Shown piece after piece: positions 1-8,692 of a stretch of 64,000 nucleotides of DNA; position 1 is the first letter of the stretch, and the number at the start of each line of letters is the position of its first letter. The notes beneath the pieces were generated by a model. That model was not told the origin of the DNA, did not search any database, and saw nothing but the letters and a program-made list of their open reading frames with translations. A program made the translations under genes and the position numbers. Source of the stretch: an uncultured Dehalococcoidia bacterium (GTDB lineage Bacteria > Chloroflexota > Dehalococcoidia > Lucifugimonadales > UBA3495). The DNA is taken from positions 4,438 through 68,437 of the forward strand of contig CATMOE010000010.1 in the NCBI GenBank assembly GCA_950072105.1, written 5' to 3'.

Positions 1-2077
1 AGACCTGTGGGTCGGTGACGTGGTACCGCAGAAACATCTGAGTTTGGGCGGTGAACAGCCCTATGGGATATCGTATGTGATCTTGTAGGTCTTGAGGCAT
101 CTGGTCAAAGTCTTTGAGCAGGCCGGGAAATGCCTTCCGGTACATCTGAACCAGCGGATCGCCTGGTTGGATCACGTAAAATTCAATTGACCCGTTGTAG
201 GCATCCACCGCGACTTTGACGCTGTTGCGGATGTAGTTGAACCCTCCTAATATCTCCCGATTCTCCGGCCTAGGTAATGGGCGATCAGTCTGGGCCGAAT
301 ATGGTATTCGATCGGTGGCAGTGTATGCGTCTTGAAGCCACCATAGTTTACCAGCTTGGTCCAGCACGGGGTAGGGGTCGTGATCCAGTTTGAGGAAAGG
401 CGCCACAGCCTTGACTCTGGACCTGATTTCCCTGCGGTACTGGATCCGGCTTTCGGGCGTAATCTGACCGCTTAGCAGGATGTTGATGTCGCCGAACTGG
501 GAGGCGTAAGCGACACGGCGTAAGCGTGAACCCAGCACTACTCCGCCACTGCCGCCGTAGTGTTGTAGTCCTTCGCTGGGTCCTACTTCTGTCAGGGCGC
601 TGTTGACGATGGCGAAGCTATCGGGCGTTTCGCCATAGTACAAGCCAGGGCGCTCAATCTTAAAATCTCCCTTGATAGGAATATCTTGGAGCAGGAACTC
701 CGGGCGGCCTTCGCCCGGCGTGAATTCAGTGGCTGGACTCATAACCAACCCGTAGCCGTGGGTGTATTGCAGCCTTTCATTCACCCAATTCTTGGCATCC
801 TCTGGCAAGTTGTCTTGATTCAACTCGCGGGCTGCTACCAGCACCTGTCGGATCTCGCCGTTCACCGGGTAGCGGTCCCAGTCGATGTTGAGAAAATTGT
901 AGTAAAGCTCCATGAATTGGAGCTGATTGTAGGCATCTTGCAAGGGTTGAAGGTCCCACAGCCGTATATTATCCAGAACGGACGCGCTATCTTCGATGGC
1001 TTCGGCAGTTAGCTTGGGGTTCGCTCGGAATGTAGACTCCTGTATCTGGTCCAAACCGTACGCCCAGCGGGTAGCCTGGATGTTGCGCTGAATATAGACC
1101 CGTTCCAGCTCGAACTCGTTGGGCTCCACCTGGAACCTCTGGAACAGCAAAGGATAAGCGAACCCCACCAACAATGCGGCGATCACCCAAAGACTGAACG
1201 CGCCAGCCATCAGCCTGAGACCGGAAAAGTAAATGCCGACCACGAATCCCAACGCTGCCAGAGCGGCTATGCCGGTCAACAGCCATAAAACCGGCATACG
1301 CGCGTGCACATCGGTGTAGGTAGCGCCAAATACAACCCCGGAGCCGGAAAGCACCAACTCGTATACGCCGAGTGCGTGACCGGCGGCGATGGTCAACATC
1401 AGGATCACCCCCAGCACCGCCAGATGATTGAGCATCCGCGCCGACAGGGGAAACGCAATGCCACGCAAAGAATAAACCGCCGCATACAGGGACAGCGCGG
1501 CTACGATCAGGGTGATCGCCAGGCCGAGAAACCAGCCTTGAAGGAAGTGCAGTAATCGTAAGGTCGCTACGTAGAAGGTGGCATCAAGCCCGAACTGGGG
1601 ATCGGCGACTCCAAATGGAAGCCGGTTGAAATACAGCAGCACTGTCTCCCAACGGTCCTGGGCCACCGAGCCGAATATCAGGCTGGCTATGATCACGGTC
1701 ATGCCCGCGCCGAGCACCACCAGCGCCCAAAGCAAGCGGTAACTCTCAGCCGATAGGGAACGGGTAAACGCACCCCTAGAGTATCGGAACGCAAAGTAAA
1801 GGCTGGCGGTCAGAGCCAGTCCGGAAACCAGGGCGCCGGCTAGGAACAGCCAGATTTTCAAGAAGAGAATCTTAGTGAAAACGCTCCGGTATCCCAGGTG
1901 GTCGAACCACAGCCAATCGGTGTATACCGATCGCGCCCACCACAAAATGAGAAAGCCAAGAACGAAAATGGCCAGCACGGAACCGGCGCGCTGGAACAGA
2001 CGCAGGTTGGACTCCGAAATTCCGGGGGGATTCGGCGCGGGGGGTAGCTCAGCGTCGTTGGAAAGGTTGTAACTCAT
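1..2077 (-). CDS. UPF0182 family integral membrane protein (N-terminal ~690 aa; C-terminus runs off the left window edge)
   Basis: Not in the ORF track because it is open to the window edge. My reverse-strand translation from the ATG at 2075-2077 reads MSYNLSNDAELPPAPNPPGISESNLRLFQRAGSVLAIFVLGFLILWWARSVYTDWLWFDHLGY... It shows several hydrophobic helices, then a soluble part (..RLQYTHGYGLVMSP.., ..IRYPIGLFTAQTQMFLRYH..) typical of UPF0182/COG1615. No stop down to base 1. Confidence 0.75.
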   Translation of the reverse strand, partial: MSYNLSNDAELPPAPNPPGISESNLRLFQRAGSVLAIFVLGFLILWWARSVYTDWLWFDHLGYRSVFTKILFLKIWLFLAGALVSGLALTASLYFAFRYSRGAFTRSLSAESYRLLWALVVLGAGMTVIIASLIFGSVAQDRWETVLLYFNRLPFGVADPQFGLDATFYVATLRLLHFLQGWFLGLAITLIVAALSLYAAVYSLRGIAFPLSARMLNHLAVLGVILMLTIAAGHALGVYELVLSGSGVVFGATYTDVHARMPVLWLLTGIAALAALGFVVGIYFSGLRLMAGAFSLWVIAALLVGFAYPLLFQRFQVEPNEFELERVYIQRNIQATRWAYGLDQIQESTFRANPKLTAEAIEDSASVLDNIRLWDLQPLQDAYNQLQFMELYYNFLNIDWDRYPVNGEIRQVLVAARELNQDNLPEDAKNWVNERLQYTHGYGLVMSPATEFTPGEGRPEFLLQDIPIKGDFKIERPGLYYGETPDSFAIVNSALTEVGPSEGLQHYGGSGGVVLGSRLRRVAYASQFGDINILLSGQITPESRIQYRREIRSRVKAVAPFLKLDHDPYPVLDQAGKLWWLQDAYTATDRIPYSAQTDRPLPRPENREILGGFNYIRNSVKVAVDAYNGSIEFYVIQPGDPLVQMYRKAFPGLLKDFDQMPQDLQDHIRYPIGLFTAQTQMFLRYHVTDPQV

Positions 2078-2101
2078 CGGGGTTCCGCGGCAGCGCCGTC
2101 C

Positions 2102-2905
2102 TTATCGAGAAGGACGCAATTGATTGACGATGGTCGTGCCGGTGGAGCGTCCGTTCAGACAATCCAAAAGAGCTTCGGGTTTCCGTCCGTCGATGATATC
2201 GGCCACGGGAGACCGCTCCAGGGCCCGCAAGCAAGCCGCAAGTTTGGGAATCATACCGCCGCGGACAACGCCCGACTGAAACAGCAGACTGGCCCGGCGC
2301 TGGTCCAGACGGCGAATGACACGGCCCGCGCCATCCATGACGCCTTCCACGTCGGTCAAGAATATCAAGCGCTCCGCTCCCAAAGCATGAGCCAACTCCC
2401 CGGCAACGGTGTCTCCGTTGATGTTGAGCGGGCCACCCGAATGGTCCGAATCGTCCTGACATTGCCTAGCAAGAGGAGCAATCATTGGCATGTAGCCGCC
2501 GTTTAGAAGGGCTGTAATGGCCCCGGTGTTGACCGACGCAATCTCGCCCACATAACCCAATTCCGGGTCCGCGACGCGGGCTTCCAGCAACCCGCCGTCG
2601 ATGCCGCTGATCCCGATGGCGCGCCCGCCTAGAACGTGCATCCGGGCCACCAACTTTTTATTGATCAAGCCGCTGAGAACCGCGACCACAATCTCCAAGC
2701 TGGCCTCGTCGGTGACTCTCAGTCCGTTGACGAAGCGAGGCCGGATTCCCTGACGCTGCATCCATTGGGAGATCACGTTGCCCCCACCGTGGACCACCAC
2801 AACATCCACCCCTTGATTCTGTAGGGTCACCAAGTCTTTTAAGGTGGTGTCGTGACTTCCAAGGGTGCTGCCTCCGATTTTTACCACGATCGGTGGGGCA
2901 GCCAC
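2102..2905 (-). CDS. argB: acetylglutamate kinase
   Basis: 267 aa. IVVKIGGSTLG amino-acid-kinase N-terminus, VVVHGGG motif, and position downstream of argJ. Confidence 0.9.
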   Translation of the reverse strand: MAAPPIVVKIGGSTLGSHDTTLKDLVTLQNQGVDVVVVHGGGNVISQWMQRQGIRPRFVNGLRVTDEASLEIVVAVLSGLINKKLVARMHVLGGRAIGISGIDGGLLEARVADPELGYVGEIASVNTGAITALLNGGYMPMIAPLARQCQDDSDHSGGPLNINGDTVAGELAHALGAERLIFLTDVEGVMDGAGRVIRRLDQRRASLLFQSGVVRGGMIPKLAACLRALERSPVADIIDGRKPEALLDCLNGRSTGTTIVNQLRPSR

Positions 2906-3133
2906 TCAGACCTCCAGTTGCTAGAATTACCAGGATCGGAATAACCGGGAATGAATCTCAAAAGGGATATTTTTGATGCAAGACAAAGAACCCGGGGGAA
3001 GACGCAAGGCTTAGTAAGCTTTATCGAGTTGCCTGAGTCAATGTCGTCCGTATCGGCATGGGGAGATACAGGTTCGGTTTTCGGTTGACTCCACCGGACG
3101 GCGTGGAAAACATGACGAGCGATAGCGGCAACA

Positions 3134-4351
3134 TCACGTGGTGTAAGCGCTATTGATAATGACGTATTCTTCGGTTAGATCACAGCCCCATGCGGTTGCT
3201 TCGCCCTCACCAAGGTTGAGTTGAAGCCGGAAAGTAACCTCCGCGCTCCTCATCAACGCCACCACCGCGTCACGGTGGAAGGGAATGGGCAATCCACTCT
3301 GCATGATGCAAACGCCGTTCACGAAGAGGTCCACCTTGCTCTCTTCGACACGGGCTCCACTACGCCCCAGCGCCATGAGAACCCGGCCCCAGTTGGGATC
3401 GGCGCCGTAAACCGCCGACTTTACCAGGTTGGATGACGCTACGGTGCGCGCGCCGATGCGAGCATCTTGGATCGATGCCGCTCCTGCCACTTCGACTATT
3501 ATAAGACGGGTAGCGCCCTCCCCATCCCGGGCAATCTCCCGGGATAAGTGGATGCAGGCCTCCATCAAAGCGTCTTTGAAGATATCTGCGCCCGGGGACC
3601 CTGCTGAGACGGGGTCGTTGCCCGCCAAACCGTTGGCCAGCACAACGACTATGTCGTTGGTGCTGGAGTCTCCGTCTATCGTCAACATATTGTAGGAGAA
3701 ATCCGCAACTTCCCGTAGTGTCTGCTGCAAGAATTCTTTTTCTACCGCAAGATCTGTCGTCACGAAGGACAGCATGGTTGCCATGTTCGGGTGAATCATG
3801 CCGGAACCTTTGGCAACGCCACCTATACTGGCTTGGTGACCGTCCACTTCAAAAGTGACGGCGACCTCTTTCGGCCTGGTATCGGTCGTCATCATTGCCC
3901 GGGCCAACGCGGAACCACCATCGGCGGCCATTTCGATGACTTCGATGCCGTTGCGAATCAAAGCCATGGGGAGTTCGACGCCGATGACGCCGGTACTACA
4001 AACCACTATTTCATCCGGCTGCACACCTAGGCGATTGCCTGCCAGGACAGCCATTTCCTGGGCATCCTTGTATCCTTGATCACCTACACAAGTGTTGGCG
4101 ATGCCGGCGTTGACCACCAGCCCCCTTATCTGACCTTGGTCGACGTGTTCCTTGGTCACCGTGACGCAGGCAGACCGGATGGCGTTGGTCGTATAGACCC
4201 CGGCGGCAGTGCAAGGCGCCTCCGAAAGAATCAAGCCCAAGTCCAGCTTATCCTCAGCAAAGGTTTTCAGTCCGGCGTAGGTCGCGCCGGCGCTAAAGCC
4301 CCGGGGGGTGGTAACCGTTCCACCGTCTACAAATTCGATTGCACCAGCCAT
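3134..4351 (-). CDS. argJ: bifunctional glutamate N-acetyltransferase / amino-acid acetyltransferase
   Basis: ArgJ-like sequence, including the autoprocessing region ..HPNMATMLSFVTTD.. I prefer the internal Met38 (MAGAIEFVDGG.., cat at 4349-4351). The 37 residues upstream in the track ORF look non-homologous. Confidence 0.9.
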   Translation of the reverse strand: MAGAIEFVDGGTVTTPRGFSAGATYAGLKTFAEDKLDLGLILSEAPCTAAGVYTTNAIRSACVTVTKEHVDQGQIRGLVVNAGIANTCVGDQGYKDAQEMAVLAGNRLGVQPDEIVVCSTGVIGVELPMALIRNGIEVIEMAADGGSALARAMMTTDTRPKEVAVTFEVDGHQASIGGVAKGSGMIHPNMATMLSFVTTDLAVEKEFLQQTLREVADFSYNMLTIDGDSSTNDIVVVLANGLAGNDPVSAGSPGADIFKDALMEACIHLSREIARDGEGATRLIIVEVAGAASIQDARIGARTVASSNLVKSAVYGADPNWGRVLMALGRSGARVEESKVDLFVNGVCIMQSGLPIPFHRDAVVALMRSAEVTFRLQLNLGEGEATAWGCDLTEEYVIINSAYTT

Positions 4352-4553
4352 AAATCCGTCGGTCCTTGAATCGGGAATCCAGGATGATATTAGGGCCACG
4401 AGTATATCACACAGCCCCGGCAACCAAAAATAAAAGGGGGTTCCAGCCAAGGCCCAGGTCATCGGTAATCATCGCTAAATATACTCAGCTACCCAGGCCG
4501 TGGACTCGGCCATGCCCACCGCCTATAATCCTTCGTGGAGAATGTGAATTACG

Positions 4554-5855
4554 ATGGTGGTTTTTCGCCCCTTCCGCGGTTGGAAATACAATCCCGACGT
4601 GGTCGGCGACCTGGCCAAGGTCGTCAGTCCTCCCTACGACTTGATCACCCCTGAGCTTCAGGAGTCTCTCCTTAAACGCAGCCCCTACAACGTAGTGCAC
4701 CTTGAAGCGGGGGAGAACCTGGACTGGAACGCCCCCGGTGGAAATACCTACCGGAACACCACCGACTTGTTCGAGGAGTGGCTGCGGCGGGGAGTGTTGC
4801 GCCGGGAGCCAGAACCATGTTTCTACCTGTCCCAGCACATCTTTACATTCCAAGGTGAAACCAAGAGCCGGATCGGCATTACCGGATGTATCGGCCTGGC
4901 TGAGTACGACAGCCATGAAGTGTTCCCCCACGAATTCACTGAGGAACCCGCGGTGTTGGACCGGGTAGCCCTGATGGAGGCCTGCAACGCCAACTTCAGT
5001 CCGATAATGAGCTTGTACCGAGACCCGGCAAAGTACCTGAACCGGATATTTGAAGAAGTTATGTCCACAACGCCCGACATTCATATTCGCCCAGACGAGG
5101 ATCAAGAACTCAGCCTTTGGCTGCTTTCTTCGCCGGAGCAACAAACGCGGATCCGCCAGTTCTTCAACGACACCCCAGTTTTTCTGGCGGATGGACACCA
5201 TCGATACGAGGCGGCGCTCCGGTTCCAAGCCAAACGAGCCAAAGCCGGTGGATATGAAATCGTATCTCCCCAAGAGAATGACTCCATTATGATGACCCTG
5301 ATCGAATTCGATGATCCGGGCCTGCTGGTGCTGCCTTACCACCGGGTGGTCGAAGGTCTAACCAGTGAGTTGTTGGCCCAGTTGCAGCATCGCTTGCTCC
5401 AGCTATTCGACGTGAATCCCGGCGGGTTGCCACCTGTAGACACCGCGGAAGATCTGTTGGAGCAGGTTGTCGGCCAAAACAACGATGCCAAAGCCGTAGG
5501 GATGTTGGGACCTTCAGGGGAGAGTCCCCGTTTGTTGTCCCTTAAGCAAGAAGTTGATTGGCAAGAATGGGGTCCATTAGCTGTCTCTGAGGCATGGATC
5601 TTGGAGGAGCAGGTCTTGAAGCCGGTCCTTGGCGACTTGTTGCCGGACCGGGTGACCTACATACACGACCATGTGCAGGCCATGGCGCAGGTGAATTCCG
5701 GTGCCTCGCAGATGGCCTTTCTCGTTAAACCCTTCCCCATGGACCAATTCTACGATGTCGTTAGTCAGGGCCAAAGGTTGCCCCGCAAATCCACCTTCTT
5801 CTACCCCAAACTTCCCACGGGCCTGGTCATAAACCAGCTTGACGGCTCTCTCTGA
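4554..5855 (+). CDS. DUF1015 domain-containing protein
   Basis: 433 aa. N-terminus MVVFRPFRGWKYNP..VVSPPYDLI and ..FLADGHHRYEAAL.. are hallmark DUF1015 motifs. Confidence 0.8.
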   Translation: MVVFRPFRGWKYNPDVVGDLAKVVSPPYDLITPELQESLLKRSPYNVVHLEAGENLDWNAPGGNTYRNTTDLFEEWLRRGVLRREPEPCFYLSQHIFTFQGETKSRIGITGCIGLAEYDSHEVFPHEFTEEPAVLDRVALMEACNANFSPIMSLYRDPAKYLNRIFEEVMSTTPDIHIRPDEDQELSLWLLSSPEQQTRIRQFFNDTPVFLADGHHRYEAALRFQAKRAKAGGYEIVSPQENDSIMMTLIEFDDPGLLVLPYHRVVEGLTSELLAQLQHRLLQLFDVNPGGLPPVDTAEDLLEQVVGQNNDAKAVGMLGPSGESPRLLSLKQEVDWQEWGPLAVSEAWILEEQVLKPVLGDLLPDRVTYIHDHVQAMAQVNSGASQMAFLVKPFPMDQFYDVVSQGQRLPRKSTFFYPKLPTGLVINQLDGSL

Positions 5856-5887
5856 TCTAGTCCTTTTAAATTGGGTTGGTACTAGAA

Positions 5888-5956
5888 CCGTCATCCCGGC
5901 GAAGGCCGGGATCCAGCAAACGCGCCACTGGATTCCCGCTTACGCGGGAAAGACGG
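5888..5956. repeat. composite palindromic intergenic element (two hairpins closed by an outer 5-bp stem)
   Basis: Outer stem ccgtc 5888-5892 pairs with gacgg 5952-5956. Hairpin 1 is atcccggc/gccgggat (5893-5912). Hairpin 2 is ttcccgc/gcgggaa (5933-5950). Sits between convergent genes. This is the type that translates to spurious VIPAKAGIQ / IPAYAG peptides. Confidence 0.6.
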
Positions 5957-5982
5957 TCCTGAGGAAGATACGCCGCCGGGAG

Positions 5983-6441
5983 TTACCTTGAGTCTTGCCG
6001 TTGCTGATAACTTTCGGTGATGGCCAATTCGGCCTTTTTACTGTAATCAGCGATGAACTTCTCCAGGCGAAGAATCTCCGCGGATGTCTCTTCATTATCC
6101 CCGGCTGATTGTGCTTGCTGTTTAAGCGACGATACTGAGCGGCGAGCCTCGTCCACCTGTCCCACCAGTTCCAAGGCTTCCAGTTCGTAGACGGCCGTTT
6201 TCTTAAACTCCAGGATCCGACGATGAGTAGCCACTGCGTCGTTCAAACGCTCTTCAATCTCGCCCATGGAGGTTAAAGAAGCGTCAAGTGAAATAGCGCC
6301 GTAGACGACTTGCCGGGGTAATCTTCGAAGCTGGGTCCGGAACTGATCGATCAGCGCCTCGGTCTGCTCTTCTTTGCCCTGTATCTCGGCCAGTCTGATG
6401 CGCAGGCTGCCCATCGCCATTTGCAATTGGGAGGTAGACAA
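5983..6441 (-). CDS. hypothetical coiled-coil protein
   Basis: 152-aa ORF, heptad-like charged sequence, no recognised motif. The TTG start is uncertain; an internal Met8 start is possible. Confidence 0.4.
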   Translation of the reverse strand: MSTSQLQMAMGSLRIRLAEIQGKEEQTEALIDQFRTQLRRLPRQVVYGAISLDASLTSMGEIEERLNDAVATHRRILEFKKTAVYELEALELVGQVDEARRSVSSLKQQAQSAGDNEETSAEILRLEKFIADYSKKAELAITESYQQRQDSR

Positions 6442-6530
6442 TGTCAGGCCCTTACTTCACAGTTCCTTAGACCGGTCGAATAGAAAGCCGAATGGAGATA
6501 ACAGCTCGTCCACGGAGCGATGGCGATGCT

Positions 6531-7643
6531 CTAGCCGGCCCGGAAGCCAACCTTGGGCAGGATGAGTCTCAGCGTCTCCAGCACCTCTTCGATGTCCTCG
6601 CGGGTTACGTGTCCCAGATGGCCTATGCGGAAAATACTGCTCGATAGTTTTCCCTGTCCTCCGGCAAGCACCACATTGTGCTCGTTGCGGGCCAAGCTCC
6701 TCAACATCGAGCCGTCAATTCCCTCGGGAATCTTGATAGCGGTCACCGTATTGGAAGCGTAGGCTTCGTCCGACACCAACAGTTCTAGACCCAGGTCCTT
6801 GATACCGTCACGGGTTAGCTGACTTATGCGGGCATGGCGTTCGAAAACGTTCTCCATCCCTTCCTCCAGCAGCTTATCCAAAGCCAATGACAGACCGTAC
6901 ATCAGAGCTACGTTGGGGGTGAAAGGGGTCTGACCTCGCTCAAGAAACTGGCTGGCCGCTTTCAAGTCGAAATAATAGCGGGGCATAGTGGCTGTTTCCG
7001 CGGCTTCCCAGGCAGTCTTACTCATGGTGATGAATGCCAATCCGGGCGGAATCATGAACCCTTTCTGAGACGCCGTGGCCACGACATCGCAGTTCCAACC
7101 GTCCACCGGCAGGGGTACACAGGCCAAACTGCTCACCGCGTCGACCAGCAGTAGTTTCTGGAATTCTCCCTTTACTACTTCAGCGATGGCTTGGAGAGGA
7201 TGGGTCACGCCCGTCGAAGTTTCGTTATGGGTAACTAGGACCGCTTTTATCCCAGGCTCGGCCTGCAAGGCGGTGCGAATCGCATCGGGTTCTATCGGAG
7301 AACCCCACTCAAAATTCAACCGCTGGACATCGGCGCCGTGGGTCTCCACCATCTCGGTGAACCGGTCTCCAAAGGACCCGGCGGAAGCCGAAAGCACTTT
7401 GTCTCCCGGAGACAGCGTGTTGACGATGGCCGCTTCCAATGCTCCAGTCCCCGAAGCAGTCAATATAAAAATGTCGTTGGTGGTCATGAAGACCTGCTTC
7501 AACTGCTCGGTGGCTGCGGTGATAATCTCCAGAAACTCCGGGCCGCGGTGATCAATCATCGGGTTGGACATCGCCTCGACGATGTCTGAAGGGACCGGCG
7601 TCGGTCCAGGTGTCCGCAGGTTTTGCTTGGGGATATTAACCAT
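6531..7643 (-). CDS. class V aminotransferase (alanine-glyoxylate / serine-pyruvate aminotransferase family)
   Basis: 370 aa. N-terminus ..LRTPGPTPVPSDIVEAMSNPMIDHRGPEF.. and overall class V PLP-enzyme pattern. GGAGAA RBS upstream. Confidence 0.85.
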   Translation of the reverse strand: MVNIPKQNLRTPGPTPVPSDIVEAMSNPMIDHRGPEFLEIITAATEQLKQVFMTTNDIFILTASGTGALEAAIVNTLSPGDKVLSASAGSFGDRFTEMVETHGADVQRLNFEWGSPIEPDAIRTALQAEPGIKAVLVTHNETSTGVTHPLQAIAEVVKGEFQKLLLVDAVSSLACVPLPVDGWNCDVVATASQKGFMIPPGLAFITMSKTAWEAAETATMPRYYFDLKAASQFLERGQTPFTPNVALMYGLSLALDKLLEEGMENVFERHARISQLTRDGIKDLGLELLVSDEAYASNTVTAIKIPEGIDGSMLRSLARNEHNVVLAGGQGKLSSSIFRIGHLGHVTREDIEEVLETLRLILPKVGFRAG

Positions 7644-7927
7644 AAGTTCTCCGATACGGGGCCATCGGCCTTTGAGGCGTTGCCCTTCTAGCTACATTAA
7701 ACGGGATGACTGATGATTCTACAGATTGGTTTGTGTTTCGATTCTATGGACTTTGCCCTCTGCGGAAATCCAAGCGGACTGCTTAACATTAAAACGAGCC
7801 GGTCGTGTGGACCGGCCACGTGGAATCATGAGTGCATCGTTTGTTTTCATTCTCTAGGGACAAAAAAATTATAGCATGGACCATTTCGGGCTGCCAAACT
7901 CGGTCACGCCCCGTCCGGAACACCCGG

Positions 7928-7936
7928 TGATATAAT
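7928..7936 (+). promoter_or_regulatory. extended -10 promoter element (TGaTATAAT) upstream of the Crp/Fnr gene
   Basis: tgatataat at 7928-7936, 37 nt before the ATG at 7973. No convincing -35. Confidence 0.3.
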
Positions 7937-7972
7937 GACCGAAGCTGTCACAGTCACCGGGAGATAGCCAAT

Positions 7973-8656
7973 ATGGTCGACGTAGAATTTTTGACCAGCG
8001 TGCCTATATTCGCTAGTCTGAAAGAAGAGCAGCTCCAATCTCTGCCCGGCAAGTTGCAGCCGCGAAGCTACCAGCGGGGCGAGGTGATTTTCCACGAGGA
8101 CGACCCCGCCGACCGTATGCACATCATCGTCGAGGGCCGGGTGAAGATTTCCATCGCCTCCGAAGACGGGCGGGAACGGGACATAGCCCTATTTCAATCC
8201 GGTGACTGCTTTGGCGAAATGGCCCTGTTGGACGGGTCCAACCGATCGGCGACGGCCACGGCTGTGGACGCCACCGAAACCATGGTCCTCTTGCGGCAAG
8301 ATTTCCTTGATTTCCTAGGCGAAAACCCCGAGCTGGCTGCGGACGTAAACGCCCTTCTTGTCCAGCGGTTGCGCAACGTAAACCAACTGTTGGGAGACAT
8401 GGTCTTCCTGGACGTGCCTACCCGCGTGGCCAAACAGTTATTGACCTTGGCTGAAACGTATGCGGCGGATGCCAAGCCTGGGGACGCGATAGTCGTTCCC
8501 ATGGGACAAGATGAATTGGCCCGCTTGGTGGGCGCCAGCCGGGAAACAGTGAGCCGCGCTCTGAACAGCTATCGCCGAATGGGGTTCGTGGACACGTCGC
8601 ACCGGCGCATCACCATCACCGACCTTCCCGGCCTAGAGAGAATGGCCTCGTTCTGA
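7973..8656 (+). CDS. Crp/Fnr family transcriptional regulator
   Basis: 227 aa. cNMP-binding domain (..GDCFGEMALLDG..RSATA..) and a C-terminal HTH (..SRETVSRALNSY..). Confidence 0.85.
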   Translation: MVDVEFLTSVPIFASLKEEQLQSLPGKLQPRSYQRGEVIFHEDDPADRMHIIVEGRVKISIASEDGRERDIALFQSGDCFGEMALLDGSNRSATATAVDATETMVLLRQDFLDFLGENPELAADVNALLVQRLRNVNQLLGDMVFLDVPTRVAKQLLTLAETYAADAKPGDAIVVPMGQDELARLVGASRETVSRALNSYRRMGFVDTSHRRITITDLPGLERMASF

Positions 8657-8692
8657 GCGTTCCCAGCCTCAACCCCATGCTATAATTTCCCC

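Noticed and set aside
4352-4462. N-terminal 37-residue extension of ArgJ in the track ORF. Similar upstream extensions occur for arsM (14901), the cyclase (26861), the CCG protein (57009), LLM (50724), ABM (61393) and fic (46967).
   Set aside because: The extensions lack homology-like sequence. They overlap the upstream gene or lack an RBS. Internal ATGs with good RBS spacing coincide with the family N-termini.
4485-5342. Long antisense or off-frame ORFs inside real genes. Examples: 4485-5342 (-), 11407-12135 (-), 16034-16624 (+), 23021-23632 (+), 31310-32152 (-), 55884-56711 (-), 61501-62136 (+), 62965-63732 (+).
   Set aside because: They are Arg/Pro/Gly-rich, low-complexity translations typical of non-coding frames in GC-rich DNA. 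Each overlaps a gene with clear family motifs on the other strand or in another frame.
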